This document shows positions 19,252-29,679 of a stretch of DNA of 64,000 bases, one piece after another; position 1 is the stretch's first letter; every line of letters begins with the position of its first letter. The notes below the pieces were generated by a model that worked only from the letters and a program-made list of their open reading frames with translations, was not told the DNA's origin and ran no database searches. The stretch is from contig JAGYKD010000001.1 of NCBI GenBank assembly GCA_018401695.1, positions 125,651 to 189,650 on the forward strand. Reading direction: 5' to 3'. The position numbers and the translations under genes are program-made. Source of the stretch: Flavobacteriales bacterium (GTDB lineage: Bacteria; Bacteroidota; Bacteroidia; CAIKAF01).

Positions 19252-20175
19252 TTAGGCTTTGAACCAAAAGCCTTGAAATATCCACCAGCCGAATTTCACA
19301 ATCATAGAAGCCTTGGCCGGTTGTCCCCGAAGCAAGTAGCCCAGGGCAAGGAGCAAGGTTCCTGCGGATTTGGCCGTAAATTCCAAGTATCGTTTAAGCT
19401 TTGGGAAAAATGGAAGATCGGCTACTTCCAATTTTTCGCCTTTAGCAAAACCATAGCTGAATTTCTTTAAGTAGCCGGGATTAAGCTTGCTTTTATCTAC
19501 CAAATGATGCACCACTAAATCGGGGTAATACCATACCTGCATCATCTTTTCGCGGCCTTTTACCCTAGCAAAGAGTTCTTTTTCTTCTCCGGCGAGCAAA
19601 ATGGCGCCTTTTCTTCCAAGGTTGGTATTAAATAAACCGTAGGTATCGAAAAAGCGGCGGTGGTAGGTCATGTTGGAGCCGCAGGGAAATTTCCCCCAAA
19701 ACAAAATCGGTCCGTCTTTTTCGCCGGGGTCAAATTGGCCGGTAACTCCCCAGTAATATTTGGTATACCATTCGGGTTTTCCATCTACAAAGCCCGGAAT
19801 GATTTTTCCACCAATGGCATCCAGCTCAGGACGTTGATCCAAGTATTCCAGGTTTTTTCGCAAAAAATCCGGTGCTGCCAGGGCATCGTCGTCCAGGAAG
19901 GTTAGGATGTCTGCCTTAGCTTCGGCAATGCCGCGGTTTCGGGCATGGCTAAGTCCCTGATTGGCTTCGTGTACCAGTTTAAGGTTCATTTCAGGGCAAG
20001 ATTCAATAAACGCCCTTACCACCTCCACCGAGCGGTCGGTGCTGTTGTTGTCGACTACCACCACTTCGAAGTCGTTGTAGGGAAGGTCTTGTTTGGATAG
20101 CGCCTCAAGCGCTTTTCCTATGTATTTTTCGCGGTTATAGGTACATACAATTGCCGCAATGCGTGGTTGGCCCAT
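19252..20175 (-). CDS. Glycosyltransferase family 2
   Basis: IVCTYNR, VVDNNSTD, GLSHARNRG, FLDDD, GEEKEL. Confidence 0.92.
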   Translation of the reverse strand: MGQPRIAAIVCTYNREKYIGKALEALSKQDLPYNDFEVVVVDNNSTDRSVEVVRAFIESCPEMNLKLVHEANQGLSHARNRGIAEAKADILTFLDDDALAAPDFLRKNLEYLDQRPELDAIGGKIIPGFVDGKPEWYTKYYWGVTGQFDPGEKDGPILFWGKFPCGSNMTYHRRFFDTYGLFNTNLGRKGAILLAGEEKELFARVKGREKMMQVWYYPDLVVHHLVDKSKLNPGYLKKFSYGFAKGEKLEVADLPFFPKLKRYLEFTAKSAGTLLLALGYLLRGQPAKASMIVKFGWWIFQGFWFKA

Positions 20176-20305
20176 GAGGCAAAATTACATAAAAGCATGG
20201 GGCAAAGCAGAAACTCTCCAAAGGCAAAATTTGTCGATTGGCTATACTTTCTATCTTTACCCCAAATACCACCGACCGGCAGGTTCGGTGCCAAAGCCAA
20301 ACCTG

Positions 20306-22087
20306 ATGAATGCACTGCTAAACAAGCCCTTGGTACGCATCGGAGTGCCTGTTTTGCTCCTATTTTTTGCCACCTTTAGAATATTTGGCAACATAGGCTT
20401 GGAAAACAGGCCGGCCACAGGCTACGACGAGCAAATGTGGACCAGCGCCTCGGTAAGTAGTTGGGCCATGTTTGCCCAAGGGCATGTGCGACCAACAAAA
20501 GAACTGGACAATTGGTTTCCCACCTATGCCTGGAAGCACGAACTGGACATTTTTACCGGCGAAAAATGGTCGCAAGGGTTTAACCCGGACACGGTTACCT
20601 TTCCTTACGATTACATAACCCTTGAAAACGAAAATCAGGGATATTCCCAACTAATTAAATACGACACCCTTAAATTCCCAAGAAAAGATTTTCAGTGGTT
20701 TGACCGAGCCACCTGGACCTTTGGTTGGAAAGCACCCAACTTGGGCAAATACCTTATGGGGGCTTGGTTGGCAGTTAGTTCCGAAGGTACGAACCCCAAC
20801 GGTTACTTTAAATTTGAAACTCCGGAAGGAAAGCCCAGCGGCGCACCTTTTGCCTATACCCCACCTGAGCTAGTGGCCAAAGCCCGTATAATAAATGCCT
20901 TGTTTACCTTAGGCAGCCTATTGCTTGTATTGTGGCTGGGTGGTATGATTCAATGGCCTGTAACCGGTTGGGTGGCGGCCCTGTTGCTGCTGCTAAACCA
21001 AGATTTTATAGACGTGAATACCGCCGTTGGTTTAGACTCTTTTGTGGTGTTCTTTTCCTTGCTTTCGGCGGCCTTTTTGATTAAAACCTTTTTTGCGCTG
21101 CAAAAAGAGCAAGGGATAAAACCTATTTTTCTTTGGGCAGCAGCCACCGGTTTGGCCCTGGGCGGAGCAGTGAGTAGTAAGCTCAACGGTGCCATGATGG
21201 TGGTAGCTGCCGCGTTGGCCTTTGCTTGGCTTGCCTATTGGGCTTTCAAGCACAAAAAAACAAACAAGGTTTGGGTCCGAAAATTCATAGGAGCCGGCCT
21301 ACTGACCGGAGGTCTTCCGGTGCTTTTGTTTGTTGTTCTTAACCCACAAGTTTGGCATGAACCTGTGGGGCGCGCTAAGGCCCTTCAAGAATCAGCCGAC
21401 GGGTACTTCGAAAAAAGAGCAGTGATTTTAACCTTCACTCAATTTTACGATCCTTTGCAAGCCATGGGCAACAGCCTAAACGCACGGGTGCAAAGTGGGA
21501 GAATGGACCCTGCCGCTTTTCAGGGCCTCGTAAACCAGCTCAACAGCTTTGGAGCTAAGATTCAAAACGACAGAAACAAGCCGGAAACTTATGCCCAAGT
21601 GCTACCCAAGCGGTATGCAGAACTTCAAAAAATTCATGAGCAATTTAGTACCGCAGCCGATACCAGTGTCATGGAAGACGCACCCTTTTACAATTGGGTT
21701 GCCATTAAAAACGAGTTTGGTCCGGCTTTTGGCTTAATGATTAAGCGCACAGGAATACATCCAGGCGAAGGCCCCGGCCTGCACTACTACGGCACCTTTG
21801 GCAATTTGATTCCCATAAAAAACAATCCATTGGACCTGTTGCTACTGGTTTTTGGATTGCTGGTGCTATTGCTGGCCTGGTACAAAGGACTTTTGGAACA
21901 CCGTATGCCGGCAGTAGTAATGTTGTTGTGCACAGTTATGGTGGTTTATGGCAATACCAATTTCTTATGGCAAGATTGGAGCAGATATTTTACCGTGTTT
22001 TTGCCTTGGTATAGTTTAATATCGGCCTTTGGGCTTATATATTTGCTGCAGCACAAAAAGGAAGTAAAGCGCCTGTTTAAATTTTAG
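20306..22087 (+). CDS. Polytopic membrane protein, GT-C (PMT/ArnT-like) glycosyltransferase
   Basis: GYDEQMW acidic pair after first TM, APNLGKYLMG, SKLNG; many TM segments; start moved to ATG 20306. Confidence 0.6.
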   Translation: MNALLNKPLVRIGVPVLLLFFATFRIFGNIGLENRPATGYDEQMWTSASVSSWAMFAQGHVRPTKELDNWFPTYAWKHELDIFTGEKWSQGFNPDTVTFPYDYITLENENQGYSQLIKYDTLKFPRKDFQWFDRATWTFGWKAPNLGKYLMGAWLAVSSEGTNPNGYFKFETPEGKPSGAPFAYTPPELVAKARIINALFTLGSLLLVLWLGGMIQWPVTGWVAALLLLLNQDFIDVNTAVGLDSFVVFFSLLSAAFLIKTFFALQKEQGIKPIFLWAAATGLALGGAVSSKLNGAMMVVAAALAFAWLAYWAFKHKKTNKVWVRKFIGAGLLTGGLPVLLFVVLNPQVWHEPVGRAKALQESADGYFEKRAVILTFTQFYDPLQAMGNSLNARVQSGRMDPAAFQGLVNQLNSFGAKIQNDRNKPETYAQVLPKRYAELQKIHEQFSTAADTSVMEDAPFYNWVAIKNEFGPAFGLMIKRTGIHPGEGPGLHYYGTFGNLIPIKNNPLDLLLLVFGLLVLLLAWYKGLLEHRMPAVVMLLCTVMVVYGNTNFLWQDWSRYFTVFLPWYSLISAFGLIYLLQHKKEVKRLFKF

Positions 22088-22093
22088 AAGGCC

Positions 22094-22816
22094 ATGCGTA
22101 TAAAACTGTATTTTATTCGGAAGACCAAGGCGTGGTTTATGCGCTTGCATTTGCATGTTTTGGTGGAACCTTTTTCGGGCTTTCTTTTGAATTTGGCCTA
22201 TTTGAGTAAAATGAGTGCTTGGAGGGCCAAGCACAAGCATTTGGCCTTGAACGACTTTATGAGTCACCGCTACGACTACAACAAAAGATTGCAACTCCAC
22301 GCCCATGTGTTGGAAACCGAAGACCTCAAAGGCCCCATTCACTATTTGGAATTTGGGGTAGCCCGCGGCGAAAGTATATTGTGGTGGTTGCAGCACAACA
22401 GCCATCCGGAATCTAAGTTTGTGGGATTTGACACCTTTACAGGTCTGCCTGAAGATTGGAATGTGTTTAAAAAAGGGGATATGAGTGCCGAAGGGCAAGT
22501 TCCGGCAACGGATGACCCCAGAGTGCAATGGGAGGTAGGTTTATTTCAGGATACCTTGCCCGGCTACTTGGAAAAAAATCGGCCAGAAGGACGTTTGGTA
22601 ATTCACTTGGATGGAGATTTATACACCGCCGCTTATTTTCCCTTAAATGCCTTGGCCACTCACTTAAAACCGGGAGACCTTATCTTGTTCGACGAATTTG
22701 GTGTTCCCACCCATGAATTTAAAGCCTTTACGGAGTTTTTTGCTTCCTATTACAAAGATTATGAGGTGTTGGGAGCTCTAAACAACTACCTGCACCTGGC
22801 CATAAAACTCAAATAA
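22094..22816 (+). CDS. TylF/MycF-family O-methyltransferase
   Basis: YLEFGVARGES, GFDTFTGLPE, GLFQDTLP, HLDGDLY, LFDEF. Confidence 0.85.
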   Translation: MRIKLYFIRKTKAWFMRLHLHVLVEPFSGFLLNLAYLSKMSAWRAKHKHLALNDFMSHRYDYNKRLQLHAHVLETEDLKGPIHYLEFGVARGESILWWLQHNSHPESKFVGFDTFTGLPEDWNVFKKGDMSAEGQVPATDDPRVQWEVGLFQDTLPGYLEKNRPEGRLVIHLDGDLYTAAYFPLNALATHLKPGDLILFDEFGVPTHEFKAFTEFFASYYKDYEVLGALNNYLHLAIKLK

Positions 22817-22839
22817 GAGCAACCAAGACGGAGCGTTTC

Positions 22840-23427
22840 TTAGTTCTTAGCTTTTTGGGGTAAGAAAAGATTGGTTTCGATGAGTTCCACCAAGGTATGG
22901 CCCAAAAGCAGGTGCATTTCTTGGATTCGAGAAGTAATCTGAGCGGGGACGAGCAAACAAACGTCACACAATTCGGACATAGTTCCTCCGCTTTTGCCTG
23001 TAAATCCTATGGTTTTGGCACCTAAAATCCGAGCCTTTTCTAAACCGCGGAGCACATTTTGGCTGGTGCCTGAGGTGCTAAAACCTATGCAAACGTCTCC
23101 GGGCAGGCAAAGCGCCTCTACCTGTCTGGAAAAAACCATATCAAAGCCAAAGTCATTGCCAATAGAGGTAAGAGCGGCAGGATCGGAGGTTAAAGCCACT
23201 GCAGGGAGTCCTTTACGGTCCAACTGATAGCGTCCTGTAAATTCAGCAGCCAAATGCAGCGCATCTGCGGCACTTCCCCCATTGCCAAACAACCAAATGC
23301 GATGCCCATTTTGCAAGGCATGCAAGCAAAGGTGGGCGGCCTTGCCTATGGCTGAAGCGCATTGGGATTGGGTAAGCTCAGTTACTTTTAGGTGTTCTTG
23401 GAACAAATGGTTTACCAGTTCTTGCAT
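22840..23427 (-). CDS. gmhA: Phosphoheptose isomerase
   Basis: GNGGSAADA, LTSIGNDFGF, STSGTSQNV, TSRIQEMH. Confidence 0.93.
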   Translation of the reverse strand: MQELVNHLFQEHLKVTELTQSQCASAIGKAAHLCLHALQNGHRIWLFGNGGSAADALHLAAEFTGRYQLDRKGLPAVALTSDPAALTSIGNDFGFDMVFSRQVEALCLPGDVCIGFSTSGTSQNVLRGLEKARILGAKTIGFTGKSGGTMSELCDVCLLVPAQITSRIQEMHLLLGHTLVELIETNLFLPQKAKN

Positions 23428-23502
23428 GCCAAATCAATAAAAGGCAAAGGTAAGGCCAATAGAATGAAAGACGCATACAAAAAAGAGCAGTGATTTTGTT
23501 TT

Positions 23503-23650
23503 AGGCCCCTGATGGAGGCAAGTAGCTTGTGCAAGCCCAAAGCCGGAAGGCCGTGCAGCGAGGAGGCCCCGATACTTCGGGGACCCCGGAGCGCCGGCAA
23601 GACGTGCTTTGGGCATGCGCAACTACTGCCGAGAGCAGGATTAGGCCCCC
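23503..23650 (-). repeat. Intergenic hairpin element E3
   Basis: Starts 8 nt after the heptose kinase stop; arms GGCAAGTAGCTTGTGCAAGCCCAAAGC / GCTTTGGGCATGCGCAACTACTGCC. Confidence 0.72.
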
Positions 23651-23657
23651 AAAAAAA

Positions 23658-24587
23658 TCATACCGAAAAAAGCCAATTGGCTTGCACAGCTACCGTACCG
23701 GGTTGTGCCACTACGAGTCCGGCGGCTTGATTGGCCAGGGCAATAGCTTCCTCCTCGGGCAGTTGAGCCGCAATACCTGCAGCAAGCACGGCAACTACGG
23801 TATCGCCGGCTCCGCTTACATCATATACCTTTTGAGCCTGAGCTTCAAAAAAGCGCACCTTTCCATTATGGTACCAGGCCATCCCCAGCTCGGAGAGGGT
23901 TACCAAAATATGGGGAATATTCCATCGTGCGGCAGCGGCATGCAAATGCGCCTCCACTTGTTGAGGTTTTGGCAAAGAAAATTGGCCCAAAGCCGCACAA
24001 AGCTCTTTCCAATTGGGGGTAATCCAATCGGTACCTTCGTAGCGATTCCAATCGGCATGTTTGGGGTCGGTCACCACCGGGATTTTCTTCTCTTGCGCCA
24101 TTCCATAGACATATCGGAGGACTTCAGGGCTAAGGCAGCCCTTTCCGTAGTCGGAGCAAATCCAAACCTGTGCCTTGCTTTCCTCTAAAGCTTTGGGCAA
24201 TTGCCGAACAGAGGTCAATTCCGGATTTCCAGGCTCTTGGTCTAAGCGAATCATTTGTTGCCCACGGGCTATGATGCGTTCCTTGGTAATAGTGGCCTGA
24301 TTGCTAAACCAAGTAAGGCAATGAATACCTGAGTTTTTGAGCAAATACAACAGTTCTTGTCCCTTTTCGTCGTCTCCTACCCTTCCAAGCATGTGTGTGT
24401 CGCAGTGTAAGCCGGCTAAATTCATAGCCACATGTGCGGCACCGCCGGGCTGGTGGATTTCGCGTTCTAAGCGTACCACAGGCACCGGTGCTTCAGGAGA
24501 AATGCGTGTGGCTTCTCCATAGCGGTAAATATCAAGCATCATATCGCCCAACACCATTACTGATACCTTGTGAAAAGGGTTTTGCAT
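23658..24587 (-). CDS. rfaE1: D-glycero-D-manno-heptose-7-phosphate kinase (stand-alone HldE kinase domain)
   Basis: GDMMLDIY, RISPEAPVPVV, PGGAA, SDYGKG, ITPNWKE, DVSGAGDTV. Confidence 0.9.
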   Translation of the reverse strand: MQNPFHKVSVMVLGDMMLDIYRYGEATRISPEAPVPVVRLEREIHQPGGAAHVAMNLAGLHCDTHMLGRVGDDEKGQELLYLLKNSGIHCLTWFSNQATITKERIIARGQQMIRLDQEPGNPELTSVRQLPKALEESKAQVWICSDYGKGCLSPEVLRYVYGMAQEKKIPVVTDPKHADWNRYEGTDWITPNWKELCAALGQFSLPKPQQVEAHLHAAAARWNIPHILVTLSELGMAWYHNGKVRFFEAQAQKVYDVSGAGDTVVAVLAAGIAAQLPEEEAIALANQAAGLVVAQPGTVAVQANWLFSV

Positions 24588-24690
24588 GCTACAAAATTAA
24601 TAGGAATGCCGAATTTAGGATGGCATCATGGTCGGTAGAAAGAAAACGGCAGGCAATGGTTTAGAGAGCGCGTGCTACTATCTTTGCGGC

Positions 24691-25599
24691 ATGCGACCGG
24701 GCATAAAATACATGTTGATGGCAACGGTTTGGTTTGCCCTCATGAATTTTTGCGTTAAAATGATGCCCGGGATGCCGGTGCAAGTAGTATTGCTTTTTCG
24801 GTGCCTTATCACCCTAACCTTTAGTGGCTGGGCCATATACCGCATGGGCATTTCGCCTTGGGGCAACAACAAAACCGTATTGCTGCTACGCGGTTTGTTT
24901 GGTACTGCCGGACTCACGGCCTATTTTATGACCTTGCAGCATATCCCTTTGGCTTCGGCGGTCACTTTGCAATATTTATCGCCGGTATTCACCGTGCTGT
25001 TTGCCCGTCTTTTATTGGGTGAGCGTTTAAAATGGCTGCAACTGTTGTTTTTTGCCATCTCCTTTGCCGGCGTGGTGGTGGTTAAGGGCACCGATCATAG
25101 AATAGCTTTGCCTTTATTGGCCTTGGGCATATGTTCGGCCTTGTTTTCGGGCTTGGCCTATAATATGATTCGGAAAGCCAGAAAAACAGAGCACCCCAAC
25201 GTAGTGGTGTTTTACTTTCCTTTGGTGGCTTTGCCTTTGATTTCGGTGTGGTGTTTGTACGCCTGGAAAACACCTTCGGGCATGGAGTGGCTATGGATTT
25301 TGGGCACCGGCGTCTGTACTCAATTTGCGCAAATGGCCATGACTAGAGCCTTTATGGCGGAGCAGGTGGCCTCGGTGGCAGGCCTGCAATATTTGGGCTT
25401 GGTGTATTCTTTTTTGATTGGTTGGCTTGGTTTTGGAGAATGGTATTCGGCCTGGACCTTTGCAGGTATGTTGTTGGTTGTGCTTGGCGTTTTGGCCAAT
25501 ATCTTTTATGCCGATTGGCAACGCAGAAATCGAAGGTTATTGATGCGGCAAAGGCCAAAATACCAAGTGAACACCCAAGAAGAACTGGGCAAAGGGTAG
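24691..25599 (+). CDS. DMT/EamA family transporter
   Basis: Two EamA repeats; TATCTTTG box at 24679-24686 supports the 24691 start. Confidence 0.88.
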   Translation: MRPGIKYMLMATVWFALMNFCVKMMPGMPVQVVLLFRCLITLTFSGWAIYRMGISPWGNNKTVLLLRGLFGTAGLTAYFMTLQHIPLASAVTLQYLSPVFTVLFARLLLGERLKWLQLLFFAISFAGVVVVKGTDHRIALPLLALGICSALFSGLAYNMIRKARKTEHPNVVVFYFPLVALPLISVWCLYAWKTPSGMEWLWILGTGVCTQFAQMAMTRAFMAEQVASVAGLQYLGLVYSFLIGWLGFGEWYSAWTFAGMLLVVLGVLANIFYADWQRRNRRLLMRQRPKYQVNTQEELGKG

Positions 25600-25778
25600 C
25601 AAGAGAAGCAAAAAAACCGCTAAAAATGCACCTTTGGGCTGCACCCCTTAGCCTTTTTTAAGACAGAAATCGATTGATTTTTAGCGATAAAGAGGGATAT
25701 ATGTCCAAACAGGTAGTGGTTGGTTTAAAAATAAAGCCCTAAGTTTGTGGCCAACCATTGTTTATTAAACCCAAACGC

Positions 25779-26786
25779 ATGATGAAACGTTTTACTTTAT
25801 TAGCTGCCTGCACCCTTGTTGCTGCAACAGTTTCTGCCCAGCGTCCGGCTGGTACTTTCCAAGCCGACGAAACGGCACGTTCAGCTTTTAGCCCTTCCAT
25901 GATTTCCAAAGTGGATTCCAATATGACTCCTACTTCTTATGGAGGCCAAGGCTGCGATACATTGCGCTTGTATACGTTTAGCAATCAAGGTAACCCACCA
26001 GCAGGCTTTATTTTTGGAATTAATGACTTTTTGGACAAGCAGAAAGGATACATGTTTAATGCCAATGGTACCGTGCCCGGTGCCGGTTTTGCTTTCGGAT
26101 TCAAAGCATTAATCGACACTGCATCAATGGGCGGAAGCTATGTAGCACACATCTACACCGAATCTTCTCCGGGTATGTGGAGTTTGGCAGCTTCTTCTAC
26201 CCCCGTAAGTTATGCCAATATCGATACCTCTTTCGGTCAAAGTGGCCCGGCCTTTACTCCCTTCATCTTTATGCCTGCAGTGCAGGTGAACGGAAACTTC
26301 ATAGTAGCTGTTGACGTTTATAGCCAAGCAGATACCACTAGTGGTGCAGCCTTGTGGTCTAATGGCCCCACTTGCGGCTCCGACAACTCTTATGAAGTGT
26401 ATGAAGCCATGACCGGTGATACCATCGTTAAAATTTCGGGAAATTGGTCCGGTGCGGGTGGTGGCCCATTGTTGGCCGACCCCTTTATGGGTATCCAAGT
26501 ACAAGGCTTTACCGGCGTAGAGACCTTGACCAGCAACAGCCTTATGGCCTATCCTAACCCTGCCAACAACATGGTAAGCGTAGGTTTCGGTGCTGAAAAA
26601 GCAGCTCAAGGAACCCTCGAAATCATGAACCTGGCAGGTCAGGTTGTACTTAGCCAAAACATCGACGTTGTATCCGGCAAAAACATGGTAGAAGTGAATA
26701 TCGCTGACCTTGCGTCCGGCGTATATGCCTACCAAGTAAAAACCGGTGCTCAACAAATGACCGGCAAATTGGTGGTAAACCACTAA
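25779..26786 (+). CDS. T9SS type A sorting domain-containing surface protein
   Basis: Signal peptide; C-terminal YPNPANNMV...NLAGQVV...DLASGVYAYQV...KLVVNH. Confidence 0.88.
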   Translation: MMKRFTLLAACTLVAATVSAQRPAGTFQADETARSAFSPSMISKVDSNMTPTSYGGQGCDTLRLYTFSNQGNPPAGFIFGINDFLDKQKGYMFNANGTVPGAGFAFGFKALIDTASMGGSYVAHIYTESSPGMWSLAASSTPVSYANIDTSFGQSGPAFTPFIFMPAVQVNGNFIVAVDVYSQADTTSGAALWSNGPTCGSDNSYEVYEAMTGDTIVKISGNWSGAGGGPLLADPFMGIQVQGFTGVETLTSNSLMAYPNPANNMVSVGFGAEKAAQGTLEIMNLAGQVVLSQNIDVVSGKNMVEVNIADLASGVYAYQVKTGAQQMTGKLVVNH

Positions 26787-26805
26787 TTAGAGCTTTTTAA
26801 TTGTG

Positions 26806-26836
26806 AAGGCCTCCGGTTTCGGAGGCCTTTTTTTTT
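26806..26836 (+). terminator. Intrinsic terminator
   Basis: AAGGCCTCCG-GTTT-CGGAGGCCTT followed by T-run. Confidence 0.9.
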
Positions 26837-26889
26837 GGCACTAAAAAAACTAGGCTAGCCTTACCCCAAGTTAAAACAAGCGGCTGTTC

Positions 26890-26897
26890 TATCTTTG
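26890..26897 (+). promoter_or_regulatory. -7 promoter box of leuS
   Basis: TATCTTTG 4 nt upstream of ATG 26902. Confidence 0.65.
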
Positions 26898-26901
26898 CCC
26901 C

Positions 26902-29676
26902 ATGATGTACGATTTTAAATCCATCGATCAACAGGCTCAAGCGGCCTGGGAAAAGGCCCAAGCCTTTAAAGCAGAAACAGGTGCTCCGCGCCCCAAATTC
27001 TATATTCTGGATATGTTCCCCTATCCCTCGGGGGCCGGACTGCATGTGGGTCACCCTCTAGGTTACATCGCCTCAGATATTGTAGGCCGCTATAAAAAAA
27101 TGCAAGGCTACGAAGTACTACACCCTATGGGTTTTGATGCCTTTGGGCTACCCGCCGAGCAATACGCCATTCAAACCAACCGCCACCCCGCTGATACGAC
27201 CAAAGAAAATACCGACCGGTACCGCGAACAGCTCAAAATGCTGGGGCTGGGCTACGACTGGAGCAGAGAAATTCAAACCTCTGACCCCAATTATTACAAG
27301 CATACCCAATGGTTGTTCTTGCAGCTCTTTGAGCATTGGTACGACCAAAGCCGCCAAAAACCACAGCCCATAAAAAGCCTAATTGCCCATTTTGAAACCA
27401 AAGGAAATGATGGCATTCAGGCCGCCGGCGGGTTAGAAGAACCTTTCTCGGCCAAGGATTGGAACCATTTTTCAACGACAGAAAAGGCCGACATCCTCAT
27501 GAAGTATAGATTGGCCTTCCAATCCGAAGCCTGGGTCAATTGGTGCGAGGCCTTGGGTACGGTGTTGGCCAATGACGAAGTTAAGGACGGAAAGTCCGAG
27601 CGAGGAGGACATCCCGTAGAACGCAAGCAACTCAAGCAATGGTTTTTGCGCATCAGCGCCTACGCCGACCGACTGCTGGAAGATTTAAACGACCTGGCCT
27701 GGTCCGAAGCCATGAAGGAAATGCAAGCCCACTGGATTGGAAAATCCGAAGGCGCCAAACTGCATTTTGAAGTAGAAGGCAACGATTTTTCTTTGGAGGT
27801 ATTCACCACCCGACCGGATACCCTTTACGGAGTATGCTATTTGGCCATCGCCCCGGAACATGAGCGCCTGCATGAAATTGTTCGGCCGGAAGCCACGGAT
27901 GCCTTAGCCTATGCCAAAGAAGCCGCCAATCGCTCCGAAAGGGAACGCCAAGCCAATGTGCACCAAGTAAGCGGGGCCTTTACCGGAGCTTATGCCCGTC
28001 ACCCCCTCACCGGCGAATCCATCCCTATTTGGATTGCCGATTATGTATTGGCCGGTTATGGAACCGGTGCAGTAATGGCCGTTCCGGCCCACGACAGCAG
28101 AGATTTTAGGTTTGCTAAGCATTTTAAGCTGCCCATCAAACAAGTAATTCTCCCCCCTGACCCAAATGCAGGCTTAGATGAAGCTTGGGAAGCCAAAGAA
28201 GGAACCCTAACTAATTCTGAATTCCTAGACGGAAAAAGCGTTAAAGAAGCCATTCCTGCCATGCTCGACTACTTGAGCCAAAAAGGTCTGGGCAAACGCG
28301 AAGTATTGTACCGCCTGCGCGACGCAAATTTTTCCAGACAGCGCTATTGGGGAGAACCTTTTCCCATAGCCTATCGCAATGGCATTGCCGAGGCGCTGCC
28401 TCAGGAGGCCCTCCCTGTGGAACTCCCCAAAATGGAAGATTTTAAACCCACAGGAAAACCCGAATCGCCTTTAACCAAAGCACAAGAATGGGTGCAACTT
28501 CCAGACGGCCGCAAGCGCGAAACCGATACCATGCCCGGATTTGCCGGCTCTTCCTGGTACTTTTTGCGGTTCATGGACCCTCATAACCCAGATAGCTTTG
28601 CCGGTGAAAACGCACTCCACTATTGGCAAGACGTGGACCTGTATGTGGGAGGCACCGAACATGCCGTAGGACACCTGCTCTACGCACGGTTTTTTCACAA
28701 ATTTCTTTACGACCTGGAAAAAGTACCCACCAAAGAGCCTTTTAAACGCTTGGTGAATCAGGGCATGATTTTGGGACGCTCCAATTTGTTGTTGCGGCAC
28801 CCCGAAACCGGAGCCTTTTGGTCGGCAGGCTTGGTTCAAGAACCCGAAAGCTTCCATAAACTCCACATCGATATCCGATGGGTGGAAAACGATCAACTTT
28901 CGGTAGATCGCCTGTTGGAGCTGTATCCCGATCAAAATCCAAATCAAATCCACGCAGAGAACGGCATGGTGCAGCTTTTGCCGGAAGTCGAAAAAATGTC
29001 CAAGTCCAAATTCAATGTGGTGAACCCCGACGACATCGTACAGCAATACGGAGCCGACACCCTGCGCATGTACGAAATGTTCCTGGGCCCCATTGAACAG
29101 TCCAAACCCTGGAACACTCAAGGCATTGAAGGCGTGCATAAATTCCTGAAACGCTTATGGAAACTGTGCGTTTCCGAAAACGGAGACTGCCTGCTCTCCG
29201 GGGAGGCGCCGTCTAAAGAATCTTTAAAATCGCTTCATACTTTGCTCAAAAAGCTTCCCGAAGACCTGGAGCAGCTCTCCCTCAACACCTGCATCAGCGC
29301 TTTTATGATTTGCCTCAACGAACTCAGCAATCAAAAATGCCAAAGCCTGGAGGTTTTTAAACCTTTGTGCCTGGCCCTTTCGCCCTTTGCACCGCATACC
29401 GCCGAAGCTTTGTGGAAAATCATGGGAGAAGAGGGTTTGGCTTGCCAACAAAGCTGGCCCAAACACAACGAAACTTACCTGGTTTCTGACAGCCTACTCT
29501 ACCCTGTTTCTTTTAACGGCAAAAAACGCTATACCTTGGAACTGCCCAAAACCATGAGCAAAGAAGAGGTAGAAAAAGAAGCTCTAAACCACGAAGAGGC
29601 GGCCCGCTGGCTCGAGGGCAAAGCCCCCAAAAAGGTCATTGTGGTGCCCGGCAAAATCGTGAACATCGTGGTATAA
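26902..29676 (+). CDS. leuS: Leucine--tRNA ligase
   Basis: MFPYPSGAGLHVGH (HIGH), GTGAVMAVPAHD, KMSKS, DTLRMYEMFLGP. Confidence 0.98.
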   Translation: MMYDFKSIDQQAQAAWEKAQAFKAETGAPRPKFYILDMFPYPSGAGLHVGHPLGYIASDIVGRYKKMQGYEVLHPMGFDAFGLPAEQYAIQTNRHPADTTKENTDRYREQLKMLGLGYDWSREIQTSDPNYYKHTQWLFLQLFEHWYDQSRQKPQPIKSLIAHFETKGNDGIQAAGGLEEPFSAKDWNHFSTTEKADILMKYRLAFQSEAWVNWCEALGTVLANDEVKDGKSERGGHPVERKQLKQWFLRISAYADRLLEDLNDLAWSEAMKEMQAHWIGKSEGAKLHFEVEGNDFSLEVFTTRPDTLYGVCYLAIAPEHERLHEIVRPEATDALAYAKEAANRSERERQANVHQVSGAFTGAYARHPLTGESIPIWIADYVLAGYGTGAVMAVPAHDSRDFRFAKHFKLPIKQVILPPDPNAGLDEAWEAKEGTLTNSEFLDGKSVKEAIPAMLDYLSQKGLGKREVLYRLRDANFSRQRYWGEPFPIAYRNGIAEALPQEALPVELPKMEDFKPTGKPESPLTKAQEWVQLPDGRKRETDTMPGFAGSSWYFLRFMDPHNPDSFAGENALHYWQDVDLYVGGTEHAVGHLLYARFFHKFLYDLEKVPTKEPFKRLVNQGMILGRSNLLLRHPETGAFWSAGLVQEPESFHKLHIDIRWVENDQLSVDRLLELYPDQNPNQIHAENGMVQLLPEVEKMSKSKFNVVNPDDIVQQYGADTLRMYEMFLGPIEQSKPWNTQGIEGVHKFLKRLWKLCVSENGDCLLSGEAPSKESLKSLHTLLKKLPEDLEQLSLNTCISAFMICLNELSNQKCQSLEVFKPLCLALSPFAPHTAEALWKIMGEEGLACQQSWPKHNETYLVSDSLLYPVSFNGKKRYTLELPKTMSKEEVEKEALNHEEAARWLEGKAPKKVIVVPGKIVNIVV

Positions 29677-29679
29677 ATT

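Noticed and set aside
23512-24188. Plus-strand ORFs of 72 and 219 aa
   Set aside because: They begin in element E3 and are antisense to the heptose kinase; no motifs
26124-29139. Long antisense ORFs (26124-26783, 28471-29139)
   Set aside because: Codon-bias shadows of the T9SS protein and leuS
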